From positions 26,504,258 to 26,568,257 of the forward strand of contig CM119263.1 of assembly GCA_051294375.1 (NCBI GenBank): a stretch of 64,000 nt of DNA, given 5' to 3'. Below are positions 35,605 through 48,518 of the stretch, piece by piece. Positions within the stretch are counted from its first letter, which is position 1, and each line of letters opens with the position of its first letter. Origin of the DNA: Paraspadella gotoi (lineage: Eukaryota; Animalia; Chaetognatha). The notes below the pieces were generated by a model that saw only the letters and a list, made by a program, of their open reading frames with translations, did no database searches and was not told the origin of the DNA. A program made the position numbers and the translations under genes.

Positions 35605-35711
35605 GCTCTTTCAAAGTTTGTTTTGATTGATTTACGAGATTCTTTCTCGCCGCAACCGACTCCGCGCATGAAGGGTTTATTAATGAAGGCGCACTTCCAC
35701 TATGAGGCGCG

Positions 35712-35763
35712 TGCTTGGTGAACGTGATTGGTGAACGAGATTGTTGAACGTGATTGGTGGACG
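35712..35763. promoter_or_regulatory. 13-bp tandem repeat carrying inverted CCAAT boxes between head-to-head genes, next to a long (CT)n tract
   Basis: gtgattggtgaac-like unit x4 in the 0.9-kb interval between the VDAC ATG (35152) and the + strand ATG (36060). Confidence 0.4.
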
Positions 35764-36059
35764 TTATCGCGTCCAGAATTGTTTTTTTTTTTCAAAGCTC
35801 TTAAAATATAGAATTTTAAGAAAAAGCGTTTGCTCTAAATCTATGTTAAAAATAAAATTAAATTAAAAAGGTTAAGAACGACTCGTAAAAAAGAGAACAA
35901 AACTAGGCTTTTAAACAAATTCGATACGGTTGCAAAAAAAAAAAAAAATAAAAAGCCGCACAATTTCAGTAAAATCCGTTGATAAATCTAATACTCACAA
36001 CAACGACTCACAACAACAACGACGATAGCAACGTATAGTAAAAGAAACTAAAAAAAATA

Positions 36060-39000
36060 ATGGCGACGAAGACGCTGACGCCGACCCTGACGTTGACGCC
36101 GGCAACGAAGGCCACGCCGGGTCCGACGGCGACTGTGACGCCGGTTGCTACGCCGGGTGCCACGCCCGGACCCACGCCCGGAGCCACACCCGGAGCCACG
36201 CCGGTGCCGACGGCGAGGTCGTCAAAATTGGACGCGACGGTAAAATCGACGGCGAGTGGGAATCCGGCGCCGGAAGGAGCGACATCTGGATTGGTCGAGG
36301 CGGAAGTGGAGGAAGAAGGTGGTTGTCGTTGTGGTTGTAGTTGTGGATCATGTTTTTTGTTGTGGTTGTTTGTATCTGTTTGTCGTGATTGTATGTCGAT
36401 TGCCAATTATTTCGGGAGACCATTCTCTCAAATTTTCAAAAAGAACCATTTGTCGTCGTCGTTAAAGCGATTGATATTTCACAGCTTTGCCTATTTTTCA
36501 CACATCTATTTCTCTTCCCTCCCAATAGTGGATTGGGGACCGCCCCACATCGCAGTGCTCTGGGGCGCTCCGCCTCATTATCAATCTCTTCTTTTTGAAG
36601 TCACGGACACTTTTCTCGGACCCGGAATCACGGAAGAAAAACCATTGGGTTGTCTTCATTTAGCGTATTTATAAATTTACAAATAGATATATATATACCG
36701 AGATATACAAGTCAAGCTAGGTTTTTTTTTGTGTTAAAAAAAAGTGTCTTATTATGTAAAGAAAATGTGTCAGGGTTTTATTCCAATAAAAAATGGGTAT
36801 TTTAAACGTGAACATTACATTGCGTCTTTTTTCAAAGAGCCGCTCGTTTTTCCGTCTTTATCCAATCTGTCGCCAGCGACGTTGATGCCACGATCACAAT
36901 CGCAGACCAAAGGAGTCGGGAAAAAGTTCGTCACGCTGTCATGATTTGTCATCTTTGTCATTCTGTTATCCTTTGTCGTCGTTTTTGTCTTTTATATTTT
37001 TTTTTAATTATATTTATCCCCGTAAATCTGCAGATCTCAAACGTCAGTTCGTCATCCTAGTCTGGAGACAGTTTGGGTTTATGAAATCCCGGAACAGGAG
37101 GTTGAAAAGCTTGGGTTAATTGCTTATCTCTCTTTTCATCTCTAGTTCTTACTCTCTCTCTTTCTCTCTCTTCTCCGTTTCTAATCACAATTCCAGCCGC
37201 CCCCCGAAAACAACAAATGGACGCCCTTAGACATGCTGGACTGCACTTACTTCCTCGTCAACACCCGCTCCAAAGCCGTCAACTTCCGCAAGAGAATTCA
37301 CGATCGGATCTTCAAGCCGCTCGCAATTTGGGGTCAGAAGGCCCTTTGGTGCCTCTACTACTACGAGCGACTGGAACCGTGGCAAGAGGAGCGAAGAATG
37401 ATCAGCTATTCTCAACTGGGAATGCACTACCCGGACTGCTCGGGCATTACCATACCCGAGGGCATTTTAGAACCTGCTCTCAGCGGGATCTCGGCCTCGC
37501 CCCCACTCCCTTCCGCCTCGGCCAACTTGCTCGACGCCCTCGCCTCGGCCATGATGCCCGTCCAGTCGTGCATGCTTCGCATGACGGGGGATTCCGGGTT
37601 CCCCTGCTCCTGCCCGACGCGTTCCAAGGCGGAGATGGACTTCTACGGGCGTCATATCCTCGACGGGGAAACGATCCAGGAGGAGATCAAGAAGGGGCGT
37701 TCCGTGCTGGATCTCTGCGACCAGTTCGGGGTCGTGCAGGGGATGTCGTTGCTCGATCGAGAAGAGTACGTCGAAGATCGTAGGATCTTTCGCTCGCGGG
37801 AACTGCACTATCCGATCCTGTTGACGAGGAGCAAAGGTGGAAGGTTGTTGTGAGAAAATATTGTACTTGGACTCTGATAACCTACTGTTTTTGTTTTTTT
37901 TACAAATGATGAAAATGTCATATTAATCTTTTTACAAGTATTAAACTATTATCTATTTGGGGCAAATAATAATGTTAAAATAAAAAAATATATTGCTCAA
38001 ACCAGAGTGAGAAGTTGTTGTTTAATTTTTTTTTTTCCAATTTTTTTTCTTCTTTTTCTTTCGTCAATATAACTTTTCCTTCCTACTAGGAGGATTTGTC
38101 TCTTACTTTCTCTACAAAGAGCATTTCCCCTTTATTTCTATGGAAATTTGCTTTTATGTCTGCACCCACTAGATCTTCGCTTGCACCTGTTTTGCATGGT
38201 TTAGTCTTAATAAACTAGATGGCTCCACACTTTGAAAAACAAAATAGCAATATATTTTAGTTAAGTACATACACTACAGGTTTTAATCTTTTTTTCTGAA
38301 ACAAAAGAACAGTCCCATTAAAAATTTTTGTGTGTTTTCACCCTATTCTACTAGAAGCCTCTAAGAATAAGGAAGCTTTTTGTAAGACAAAGGAAGATTC
38401 AAAATAAACTTTATCTGCACCCACAAGAACTTCACTTTGACCTGCTCTTCAACAAAATAGCAATTCTTTTTTAAAATTTTTATTATCTTAAATCTTTTTT
38501 TTTGATATATTTTAATAAGTATTTTTTCTTATAGTATTTTATTTTATTCTATTTCTTATTCTATGTCTTGATCAAATAATTGTAATCATATATCATATAT
38601 CAAAACAAAAATAATATTTTTTAATTTATAAAATATTTTTGCAAAAACTAAAATGTTATTAATGCCCTTGAAAGTGATTTACATGTATTGGCGCAGCCAC
38701 TGGTTCGTTTTGTTTTGATTCGGTCGCCCTTAACCAGGCGCATATCTGGCGAACAAGTCGGAATCCTTCAGAGCTGCGGACGAAGCATTCGAGGCGGAGA
38801 AGGCGCGGATCATCGAGCTCGAACGCCGCGCCAGAGAAGCGGAGGAAAAGAAAGCGGCGGCGGCGGCGGCCGCTGCTGCAGCGGCGGAGGCGAAAAAGGC
38901 GGGAAAGAAAGAGGAAAAGGGGAAGAAAGGGAAAAAAAAAGGGGAGAAAACTCCGCCGCCATCACCGCCGCCTCCACCGCCTCCTCCTCCACCGCCTCCT

Positions 39001-39516
39001 CCGCCAAAACTCAAACCTTCAACCACGTTCCTTGAGGTGGAAGATAATGCGCTGGAATTCGTTCACCCGCTGATGCTCTATGTCTTTCGTCCGGAGCTGT
39101 TGGAGCAGACGGATTCGAAGGCGAATCTCAACGCGGAAATATCGGCGCCGCAGTTGAGTGTGTCCTCGCTCGACTCCAAGGCCACCGGCGCTGGGAGAGT
39201 CGGTCGGCGCCGAAAAATTGGGCGCGGAAAGTCGAGGGGATCTCGATCTCGATCTCGATCTCGATCTCGATCTCTCAGCGCCAGCAAAGGATTATCTCGC
39301 AACGCTGAAGGTTCCGTCAGCAACGCCAACGTCTCCGCGACGCCAAAGCTTAGTGTCTCGAAGACGGCGCCGCCCCCGACGACGCCAACGCCGAAAGGCA
39401 GCAGGGCGTCGCGGCTGAGCAGAGTCGATGCAGAGGGAGTGGAGGAGGAGGAGCCTCCGCCGCCGCCGCCGACAGGGATTAATAGGATTAGAGGTTGGAG
39501 AGAATTGGGAGAAGGG

Positions 39517-39572
<56 letters not shown>

Positions 39573-39662
39573 ACTCTCTCTCTCTCTCTCTTTTTGCTTT
39601 CCTTTATTCGATCTCTCATTCTTTTATTCCTTTTGCTTTCTTTTTCTTATTGGAGAAGGGGG

Positions 39663-39732
<70 letters not shown>

Positions 39733-39759
39733 CTTATTGGGAGAAGGGGTCTTCTCTCT

Positions 39760-39826
<67 letters not shown>

Positions 39827-40888
39827 ACTCTCTCTCTCTCTCTCTCTCTTTTTGCTTTCCTTTATTCGATCTCTCATTCTTTTATTCCTTTTGCTTTCTT
39901 TTTCTTATTCCTTCGTTCTTTCCATTTTTCTATATTTCTTTCTTTATTTCTGTCTCTCTTTCTTTTCCCTATCATTCCTCTCTCTTTTATCCTCTCGCAC
40001 TCTCTCTCACTCAATTTAGAACAAGCTCCGGTCAAGTTCACGGACGAAGTGATGGAGCTGTTGACGACGACCTGCATTCCTGAACGACTTATCACGCAGG
40101 AAGACGTCGATATCATGAAGGAGACCAAATTGACCACAGGGAGGAAGAGTGGAGGGTTGATGGAACCGAACGAAGAGAAAATATAATTTAAATTTAAATT
40201 TAAATCTATGGAATGAATGTAAATTGAATGAAAACGATTACGAGAACAATCTATCGATCACGGCCTAAACTATTTAATTATCGATAAACGGTAACCCTAA
40301 ATTGTAACCCAACAAAGATCGATGACGCTAACTAATCACCTATGAACAATAACTGACTAATTATTAATGACCTTGATCGATCACTGATCAATGGGTCAAT
40401 CCAAAAAAAATCAATGATTTAAACAAAACAAAGATGACTTTAAGTCATTAAACTTCGCATCGTCAAACTCTGAAACCCTTACCGCATAACCCGATCCTCC
40501 AGGCGTGAAAGTGATGGTCCATCCCCAGCACCAGTTCACCGACGTGACCCTGCTCGAGTTCCTCGCGGATCTCGATCGAAGCCTCATTCAACTCCGCCTC
40601 CACGAGGAAGAGCAGATGATGCTGAGGATGCCGCTCTTCGCGATTCCTGAGCCGGAGCCGGAGCCTGTTCCGGAGGGAGAAGGGGAAGGAAGCGCTGAAG
40701 GAGCGGTGGATAGTAGCGGAGCGACTGTGGTGAGTGCCGCGGCGGGGGCTGCGGCTGCGGCATGGTTCGCAGCAGCGGGGGCAGTGGCGGCGGAGCGGCG
40801 ACAGGCAACTGCGGCAAGGAGTGGGGCAGGAGCGCCGCGCGGCGGGAGCGGCGGCGCGGCCAGCGGGAGCAGCGAAATGAGCCGATGA
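36060..40888 (+). CDS. Uncharacterised 8-exon protein (~800 aa; Thr/Pro, Ala/Lys, poly-Pro, RS tracts), weak resemblance to DNAI3/WDR63 N-terminal region
   Basis: Exons 36060-36318, 36529-36648, 36840-36912, 37034-37100, 37197-37836, 38738-39475/39493, 40020-40139/40148, 40503-40888 give one open frame with coding-like GC; family assignment is tentative. Confidence 0.65.
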
Positions 40889-41016
40889 ATTATAAGATGT
40901 GAAATTATGTTTGTTTTTTGTTTTTTTTTTTTTTTTTTTTTTTGCAAAAACAAAAATTTCGTTTTCGAAATGAATCAAAAAGAAAGAAAGAGAAGAGAAA
41001 GAAAGAAAGAAAGAAA

Positions 41017-41048
<32 letters not shown>

Positions 41049-42202
41049 AACGACAAAAGTTATATATAAATTATATTTATAATATATCAACGCAGAGAAT
41101 GGATTATCTAGTGGCTTGCCTCTCTTGGATTCTTCGTCTTTTCTTCTGATTGACCAATCAGAGAGGAGGCTTCCCTCAGGAAACCGACGGCAGAGAAACG
41201 AGAGAAGGAACTTGATCACTCTTCAACGTACCTTCAAGACACTAACATCAACCTCCTTATGGACTATTTGTTATATTGTTTATTGCCTGCCTTTGCTCTG
41301 CATAATCTACATATTTTGTATGTTAATTATCATCATCCCAACGTGTTCTTATGTCAATAAAACTCCTATTTCTCACTTAATAAACTACGCCTACTTCGTT
41401 CGTTGATATGATGAGTGCAAAGGGATTGTATTTTCTATATACAATCCCATTGCACTCATCTTTGCCGTTCAAGGAATAAAAAAAAACAAGTAAAAGGATA
41501 AAAAGAGAAAGACAGACAGATAGTAAAAGAAATAAAAAGGAATAAAAAAAGGAAAACAAATAAAGAAAAGAACGAAAGTCAAAGATGATTTGACGAAGAC
41601 AAAGAAAGAAACAAGTTTTCCTAATGCGAAGAAAATTGGGCTGAGATCCTTTTTTCCTTTTTCTTCAATCTTTTGTTTTCGATCCTCAGTTGATCCTCGA
41701 CTTTCATCGATTCATTTCGATTCCCATTAACTCCTCTTTCCCTTTAGTTTTTTTTTTTTTTTCTTTCCCTTTCGGTTGTTTTTTTTAGTTTTTTTTCACT
41801 AGGTTTTGCTTTTTGCTACAAAACTGAGTACAAGAAAACCTATAAATTTTAACTATAAACTTCATGTCATGGTTGAAGTACCATTTTAAGTTTTATTCGC
41901 GAAAAAGGCAAGTGACAAAAAGTAAAAGCGAATCATTGTGACAAACACAACTGTACAGAATCGTTTGATAATGCGTCAGATAATTCGGTCTCCTAACTGA
42001 GAGAAGGACCGGTTTACGGATAATCATTATGTATAAGTTAAATAGAGGAAATTTGTTTACAAAGACTATACAGTAAGCCCGTGCCCTTAAATACTCTTCA
42101 ATACTAGCAGCCAACACCTCTTACTGCTTTCCTTTTCACACCGCCCACTCAACCCTCTGCCCGCTATTCACTCTCCGCTCTTCACTGCCCGCTCTTTCCT
42201 TT

Positions 42203-45200
42203 TCACACCGCCCACCCAACCCTCTGGCCGCTCTTCAAATTCTCCACTTGCAAGAATCTCCTCAGCGGCTCGAAATACTCCAGCAACGCCCTCGAGGAGA
42301 TCTTCCTCTCCCCCGTCAACTTCTCCAGTGCCTCCTGCCACGGCCGACTCGAGCCCGTCTCCATCATGGCCTTCAAGGCGGCGCCAGCCTCGCGCGAACC
42401 GTAAAAGTCGCAGCGGTGCAGCGGGCCGACGTGTCGGGCTGCCCGACAAAGACCCTCGTAGATCTGGAACTGGAGGAGGTGAGCGAAGAAGTAGCGAACG
42501 TAGCTGACCGACTTGATCACGTGATATTTGGCGCCGGGATCGAAGGCGTTGCGCGCGTTGCCGCGGAGACCGTCGCGCGGAGGCGGCGTCACGCCCTGGT
42601 GGCGCAGTTTGAGTTCCCACCAGGCGGCGTTGTAGCGGTCGGGCGCAGTGGAACCATCGAAGACCGCCCAGCGCCACTTGTCGGTCAAGTAGCCAAAAGG
42701 GAGGAAGGCCACTACTGAGAGAGCCTTTAGGGGGTGAGTGACATAAGGGGAAGACAGAAGGAGAGAAGAGAAGTAAAAGAGTAAAGAGAGGGGAAGGAAA
42801 AAAAGGGGGAGATAAAGATGGGTAGAGAAGAAGAAAAGAAAAGAAGGAGGGGCAGAGGGAGAAGAGAAGAGGTAAAGAAAAACGGGAAGAAATACAGACA
42901 ATCATTTTGCTTCACCTCTTAGTGCCGTATTCTAATTTTAGCACAGTAAAAAGTCTAAAAAAAAGAATTTAAACATAACTATTAAACTATTGCGTGCCTT
43001 AGAAAAGAGATACGCCAAGTCCGGCTCCCCCAGGTCCATCGTTCCGCCGCCGATGTAGCGAAGAAAGGAGCCGTTGCTCCAGCGGCTGCCCGAGTCGTCG
43101 GCGGCGCGAGGACGAATCAGTGACAATTGGTTGAGGTGATTGACGGACATGGAAGACAACGCCACGGCGTCGCCCAGTGCCTCGTGAAAGGCCGGGTTGG
43201 AGCCGTCCTGAAAGAGCGCCGGTTGACGCCGATAGGCCATGTCGTAGGCAATGTGTCCCATCTCGTGATGCACGGTCTGCAAGTTGGCCACGTTGACGAT
43301 GGCGCACATCTTGATGCGATAATCTGATCCGTCCTTGAAGTCCCAAGCTGAGCCGTGGCAATCAATGTCTCGATCCGTTGGTCGAGTGATGATGGATTCC
43401 CGCCAAAAGTCGCTCGTCATTCCTTCGAGGCCGAGAGATTTGAAGAAGTCTTCGGCGAGGAGGAACATTCGGAGCGGAGAGAAACCTTGACGTCGCATCT
43501 CGTCCTCGATTCCCTTTTGAGACGCGAGAAGGGGAGAAAGACTTTAGTTTTTAGTAGCAGAATTTATATTTATTATTTGTGTTTTAAAAATATACATAAA
43601 TTAATATTTTTTATCTCGTGAATACAGTATGCAAATAACTCAATTACTCATTGTTCACAACAAATGATAAACCACTAACTTAAACCACCTGAATTATACT
43701 ATGTTTTGACTACTTGCTCTCAAATGCAAAATCTATAAATATATATATGTATCACCTGCAATTGTTCCTTTGATGACTCAAACGGGGATACAATGTCCTC
43801 AATTCCAACCCAGTCCTGCGCCTGCATATTCCCCAGCAAATACTCGGGAATCGGCCCAGCCGCCGGCACCTTGTTGTCTCCGTAGAACGCCTTTAGCTTA
43901 CCACGGACGAATGCGTGGAGCTGCTCGTAGAGAGGCTTGACTTGCTGGAAGAGCTCGTCCGCCGTCGCCTCAAGATCCTCGATCTCGTAATCGCTCATCC
44001 AGCTCTCTTTCGCTGATGGAAACCCTGCGTCTTGTGCCAAGAGATTCTGCACCTCGATCGCCTCCTTGAAGAGACCCTTCATCTTAGGCCCCGTGGCGTC
44101 GCGCCACCCGCGCCAATAGTGCTCCAACTCGCTGGCGTTGCGCGAAGTCGCCATGATCCTGGAGATATCCGGCCTCAGCGGCAAATGGCGCTGAGGGTCA
44201 CGAAAGTCTGGCACTTTGGCCGTGGAGAAGATGGCGCCGAGTTTGGCAGAGATGTCGTCGTTAGCCGTGTTGAGGGTTTCGTTGAAGGAGTGTCCCACGA
44301 CGAGCTTGTCGAACAACCTCTCGGCTCCCTCCACCAACTCCGCCTTTTCTTCCGGCGCCAGATCGTCGAGAGCGCGCCGGATGCGGTCTGCCTTACGCCG
44401 TCGTTCCGTCAACCAGGTCACGTGGCGTTCGTTGGCTTCCTGCATACGTTCTCGGTTGATCTCGGTCAAATTGGTCGCATAAGCCCAGCGGAGTTTGGCG
44501 AGAGAGTTGAGGCTGCGCTTGTAGTCGGCGTCGAAGGTCGTCAGCCACCAGTTGACGTAGAGCGCGGTGATCTTGGGCTTCGTCGTCGGCTCCGGCGTCG
44601 TTATCGGCGGCGTCGTTGTTGGAGGCGTCGTTGGCGGCGGCGTCTCTCGCGGGTAATTGCGACACTTTGGACGAACGACGTCCCACCAATCGCAGGTCAT
44701 CAGTTCGCGGTGCCAACCCAGGTCTGGTCCGCAGTGTTTCCAGTCGGGTCGGCACCTCGGGTGATAAAAATGGAGGTGAAAATTGTTGTTTAAGTATTGT
44801 TAAAAATCTTTGTTAAATCTCTCTTCAAAACTTTGTTCTAAATCAAATCACAACGAAACAGAAAGGAAAAAACACAAAGTATTGTTGTTATAAAATCAAA
44901 TAGAACCATCAATCAATAAAACAAACCTGTTGCAAATGTAAAAGCTGTTGCAATTTTCTGAGGCGAAATCGGTGAAAAGTCCGCTGGGTTCCGGACAAAT
45001 CCATCCCGTGATCGGATGTGGGTGAAGCTGACAGCCGCCGATCACAGATCCGGGACTGAAAGATGTTAAAGATGATTAGGCTTTTGTAAAGAAAAATATT
45101 ATTAAAATTTGATTCAATTTGTGTTTTCCGTAGCAAGTGTTAGATACAGATCTAACGATGAAAAATTTATAACTTACCAAATGTTTCACGTATAATTAGT

Positions 45201-45648
45201 ATAATTTGTAAACCTGTTTAACATTTTCGTGATTCTAATACCTATGTAAACTATTTAAACATGTGCTAAGTAGCCTCTTCGAACCTGTAAATATACTCGG
45301 TTTTGTTGTTGTGACACTCTGGTCGACTCCTGATGTTGTCCGGCCAATCGCAGATGTTCCTCGTCTGATCCCACATGAGGCCCTCCGGACACGCCCTCTT
45401 CTTCATGAGACCCTCGTGGCATTGCCAGTAGATGGTGCAGTCCGAGTCCATATCGAAGTCTCGCCCGTTGCAGTCCAGCCACTCGTCGTCGTCCTCCAGG
45501 GACGGGAGGGTCATGGCCGCGGCGGCGGTAAGGGTGGTCAGGGCTGTAGGGAGGAAAGGGGAAAGAGGGTGGTTATCATGATTTCGACGGTAAGGTCAAT
45601 TTGGTCTCACTCACCCAATAAGATTCGCGCCTTCCGGTGTCGCTTCAT
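42203..45648 (-). CDS. ACE: Secreted ACE-like peptidyl-dipeptidase (peptidase M2) with two N-terminal CBM14/peritrophin-A chitin-binding domains, ~819 aa
   Basis: Exons 45648-45615, 45543-45285, 45055-44927, 44755-43756, 43513-42998, 42724-42203 in phase; signal-like MKRHRKARILLALTTLTAAA; CPEGLMWD..CDW and CGPDLGW..CDW motifs; M2 motifs CHGSAWDF, RIKMC, HHEMGH, FHEALGD, AFLPFGY, FDPGAKYHV, YVRYF; no transmembrane tail. Confidence 0.92.
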
Positions 45649-46092
45649 GTTGAGAGCTGGGGAAGAAACAAAGGGGAACGGAAGATTAATATTGAAACTT
45701 GAATTAAGATTAAAATTGAGATTATGGTTTGAATGAATAGAATTATTATAATACTAAAAATGAGATTAGTATCATGACTAAGATTAAGTTTGAGAAAAAC
45801 AGATGAATGAAATGAAATTATAATTGAAACCAATTCAGAGCAATTAAAAAATCAAAGGAACTGGATGGAATAGAGACTAAAATAGCTTACATCGAACGAA
45901 TAATAATTAAAATGTTGAAAAAAATGAAACAAAAAGAAAACGTTAAACTAAATGAAGAAAACGAGATGAAAGGAAAAAGAAAGCGCTTAACGTATGTAAA
46001 TGTTTGTCGTGTCGACAACAGCGTGGAACCAAGAAAGGCGGCGCTCAGAATTCTCTTATGCAAGAGAGAGAGAGAGAGAGAAGAGAGGAGAG

Positions 46093-46160
<68 letters not shown>

Positions 46161-46494
46161 TTAAAAAAAAGAATAGGAAAGTGGAAAAATATGCGAAAAT
46201 GAAAAAAATATTCAGACTTGAAAAATCGAAGACGAAAGGAAAGAAGAAAATCTCTGTTTTTTCTTCTTTTTTTTAAAGTTTTTTCTTTTTTTCTCTTTTA
46301 TTTTTTAAATAGAGTTTCTTATCGGAGAAAAGAACATCGACGTTTCTTTTTTTTTCTTCACGATCCGAATTTTTCGTTCGCTAAGATAGAGCAGCAGACG
46401 AACTTACCCATCGTCATCCTTACCCGCCCAGGGTTAATGACTTTGGATTTAGTCCCGTTTAAACAAGGATGAAAAAGGGGGAACATCTCGAGGG

Positions 46495-46565
<71 letters not shown>

Positions 46566-46734
46566 TCGCCACTAAATCGCCGCGTTCAATGAAAGCCGTC
46601 GAAGCGCGAAAAACAAAATTCAAATTTTTGGCGAAAAGAAACTTTTTTTTTTTTGGCAAAAATGTTTTTGCAAAAATGGAATCTTTGTCGTCAAAACAAA
46701 TCGACGAAAGAGTCCCGAGATTTCGTGAGACAAA

Positions 46735-46766
<32 letters not shown>

Positions 46767-46868
46767 AAAAGGACATCAGTGAGGACGAAGGCGAAGGAGT
46801 CTTTTCCAAAGCAAAGCCTCGAGGTCAGAATTTAGCCTCCAGAGCACAAGAGAGAGAAAAAAAAGAGA

Positions 46869-46918
<50 letters not shown>

Positions 46919-46939
46919 CTCTCTCTCTCTCTCTCTCTC

Positions 46940-46974
<35 letters not shown>

Positions 46975-48001
46975 TTACTTTTTTTGCGCACTTCCTGGCC
47001 CTCTAATCTGAAACCGCAAACTTCGTTACAATTTGAGTATATTCAGTCAACTGCTAGTGACGACTGCTTATTTTGATTGGAACGTAGAGAGAGTTGTCAC
47101 ACACACACGAGAGAAGAGAGACGAGAGAGAGAGAGAGAGGAGGAGAGAGAGAGAGAGAGAGAAGAGAGAGAGAGGAGAGAGAGAGAGATGATTGATATGC
47201 CCAAAAAATTTTGTGAAATTTTGAGGCGGAATCCCTTAAAAAAAATCGTGGAAGAGCTTCTGTCCGACTTTTGGTGAAATAAAAAAAAAAATTAAAATAG
47301 GTTTGAAAAAAAAAGAAGAAATTTGGAAAAGAAGACAATCGTCTGTCGATGTTAGATCGAATCTCTTTCTCACGAGAGACGAAAGAAAAAAAACAATTAA
47401 CTAATTTCGAATTACGTCGTTGGCGTCGTTTTCTTAATCGCCTTGACGAAGGGCGACCGACGACGATGACGACGACGACGAGACCTCAATTGACTGCGGT
47501 GACGACGTGATAGAGACTTTTCATCTTAAAATAAACTCAAGTTTATGTCTTTATTCTTCTTTCTTAATATATCTCGCGTAATTTAAAATTTTTTAAATCT
47601 TTTTAGTAATTCTTTTAATTGGCTCTCTTCATTCAGTGAATGATTGATTTGTATCAAACGACAATATTTTCCCGCTTCTCATCTTTGTAACGTTTTTTCA
47701 TTCGAATTCTCTGTTAGCTAGGTGTCAATTTCGTTTTCGGTTTGTAAATTAGAAGACTTTTGAGCCTGAATTTGGTTCTTTGCTTACATGTCCTTACGCT
47801 TCGCGGCTCGCAAATGTCTTTTCCTCAGGTCACTTTTATTATATTTACCTCAATTAATCGCATTTAATCATAATTAATCTTTTCACGTTTTATAAAAATC
47901 GTAAAGTTCGATTCGGGTTTATATTTTTCTCTCCTTCTCATCCTGCGCACTCTGTCGTGCCTTCACTACACGCTTAACATCTCTCTCTCTCTCTCTCTCT
48001 A

Positions 48002-48059
<58 letters not shown>

Positions 48060-48478
48060 CTCACTATCTTCCCACAATGCCCGTAGCCAAGGGTATCCGT
48101 CCCCCCAAGGGGTGTACGACCTCGGAGCAGCCCGGGCTTCAGTTCGCGAGGGCTATGCCGGACCCGGGGCTGTCGGGCGGGCCCGTGGGGAAAGGGGGAG
48201 GAGAAGTTTGACGAGAGCGAGAAGAAGAAAAAAGGGTACGCTACGTGCAATACTCACAAGTAACTGAAGGACCTCGTCGCTCGTGTTTAGGCTGCAAATA
48301 TAGTTAACAAACAGCGAATTATCTAATTAATACCACAGTTTTCCTTGATATGTAGTTTAGAGGACCCGATTCAGAAGATCAAAACTAATTTAAAAGTTAA
48401 ATTCTAAAGTTACCAACAAATGAGATTTTTAAAAAGACCAAGATGAAAAGAAGCTGAGTTTAATCTCTCTTCGTCGTT

Positions 48479-48518
<40 letters not shown>

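Noticed and set aside
44032-44793. 253-aa + strand ORF (also 42248-42718, 60674-61123, 37467-37808)
   Set aside because: Antisense shadows of GC-rich coding exons on the other strand
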